Part shown: positions 63,598 to 64,000 of the stretch, piece by piece | How positions within the stretch are numbered: the stretch's first letter is position 1 | Layout: every line of letters starts with the position of its first letter | DNA from: Fimbriimonadaceae bacterium | GTDB taxonomy: Bacteria > Armatimonadota > Fimbriimonadia > Fimbriimonadales > Fimbriimonadaceae | Length of the DNA: 64,000 bases | Reading direction: 5' to 3' | NCBI GenBank assembly: GCA_963666135.2 | Contig: CAXXNR010000001.1 | Location: forward strand, 1,513,853 to 1,577,852 | The notes under the pieces: model-generated | Told to the model about the DNA's origin: nothing | The model's database searches: none | What the model saw: the letters and a program-made list of their open reading frames with translations, nothing else | Made by a program: the position numbers and the translations under genes

Positions 63598-64000
63598 ATG
63601 GTTCATGCGGTGACGGGAGCTTTCGGCTATAGCGGCCGCTACATAACTCAAAAGCTTCTCGGGAAAGGCGAGGACGTTCTCACGCTAACCAACGCCCCGA
63701 AGGACCGCGATCCCTTCGGCGGCAAGGTCAGAGCGTTTCCTTTGCGGTTCGATAGCATCGACCTTCTTTCGCAATCCTTGGTTGGCGTCGACGTGCTTTA
63801 CAACACTTATTGGGTGCGCTTTAACCATAAGGATTTCACCCACCAAGAGGCTGTTCGCAACACGAAGGTGTTGTTCGATGCCGCTAAGGAGGCTGGCGTC
63901 CGGCGTGTGGTCCACGTCAGCATAACGAATCCCTCGCTCGATTCGCCCTACGAGTACTTCAAGGGTAAGGCCGAACTTGAAGAAGCGCTAATGAACTCAG
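63598..64000 (+). CDS. NAD(P)-binding SDR / NmrA- or NDUFA9-like protein, 3' end cut by the window edge
   Basis: ATG 63598 directly follows the upstream TAG. MVHAVTGAFGYSGRYITQKLL has a GxxGxxG Rossmann motif. The frame is open to the window end and so is absent from the ORF track. Confidence 0.7.
   Translation, partial: MVHAVTGAFGYSGRYITQKLLGKGEDVLTLTNAPKDRDPFGGKVRAFPLRFDSIDLLSQSLVGVDVLYNTYWVRFNHKDFTHQEAVRNTKVLFDAAKEAGVRRVVHVSITNPSLDSPYEYFKGKAELEEALMNS

Noticed and set aside
1-64000. Prophage, integrative element, toxin-antitoxin, restriction-modification or other defence island.
   Set aside because: I recognised no integrase, transposase, phage structural protein, methyltransferase, nuclease-NTPase or TA-like small gene pair. 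The only nuclease-family gene (BFN/DUF151, 2668-3198) is a widespread housekeeping-type protein with no defence-like neighbours.

Overview
Moderately GC-rich, gene-dense bacterial chromosome with no rRNA, canonical tRNA, CRISPR array, transposase or integrase visible. Gene content suggests an Armatimonadota- or PVC-like soil or freshwater lineage, but that is inference only: paired DUF1800/DUF1501 genes, membrane-anchored 'H-X9-DG'-type proteins, a PEP-CTERM-like tail and many glycoside hydrolases. I call about 50 CDS. Housekeeping and accessory genes include a GNAT, a prolyl oligopeptidase, a GT4, serA, an aldo/keto reductase, an orphan NuoG-like protein, an MFS transporter, korDABC, waaA and purC. 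A glycan-degradation island (about 20.3-34.2 kb) holds GH106-like, GH38 and GH127-like genes plus two very large secreted proteins. Three loci stand out. (1) An rsr (Ro60, TROVE+vWA) gene at 8030-9601(-) is preceded by five tandem Y-RNA-like genes at 9741-10340(-). Three of these carry permuted tRNA-like modules. The ORF track hides the array inside a spurious 646-aa ORF. (2) A tightly coupled five-gene operon at 47624-54466(-) encodes a ferredoxin/zinc-ribbon protein, a B12-type radical SAM enzyme, an SHC-family class II terpene cyclase with a DGDDT motif, a Cys-rich-domain::polyprenyl synthase fusion, and a prenyltransferase-toroid protein. I read it as a candidate uncharacterised cyclic-terpenoid pathway. 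(3) Divergent from it, an eight-gene operon at 54566->64000(+) encodes two membrane-anchored PQQ-like beta-propellers, an NHL lipoprotein, a 70-aa Tat-signal Cys-rich mini-protein, a NapG-like Tat polyferredoxin, a NapH-like membrane polyferredoxin, a NuoE-[2Fe-2S]-NuoF-2[4Fe-4S] fusion and an NDUFA9-like SDR. No recognisable terminal catalytic subunit is present. The window also carries several families of short palindromic dispersed repeats. Some sit in frame inside the terpene cyclase, radical SAM and ferredoxin genes without breaking the ORFs. All calls rest on reading the supplied translations and the DNA by eye. No database search was run, and family names are recognition-based.
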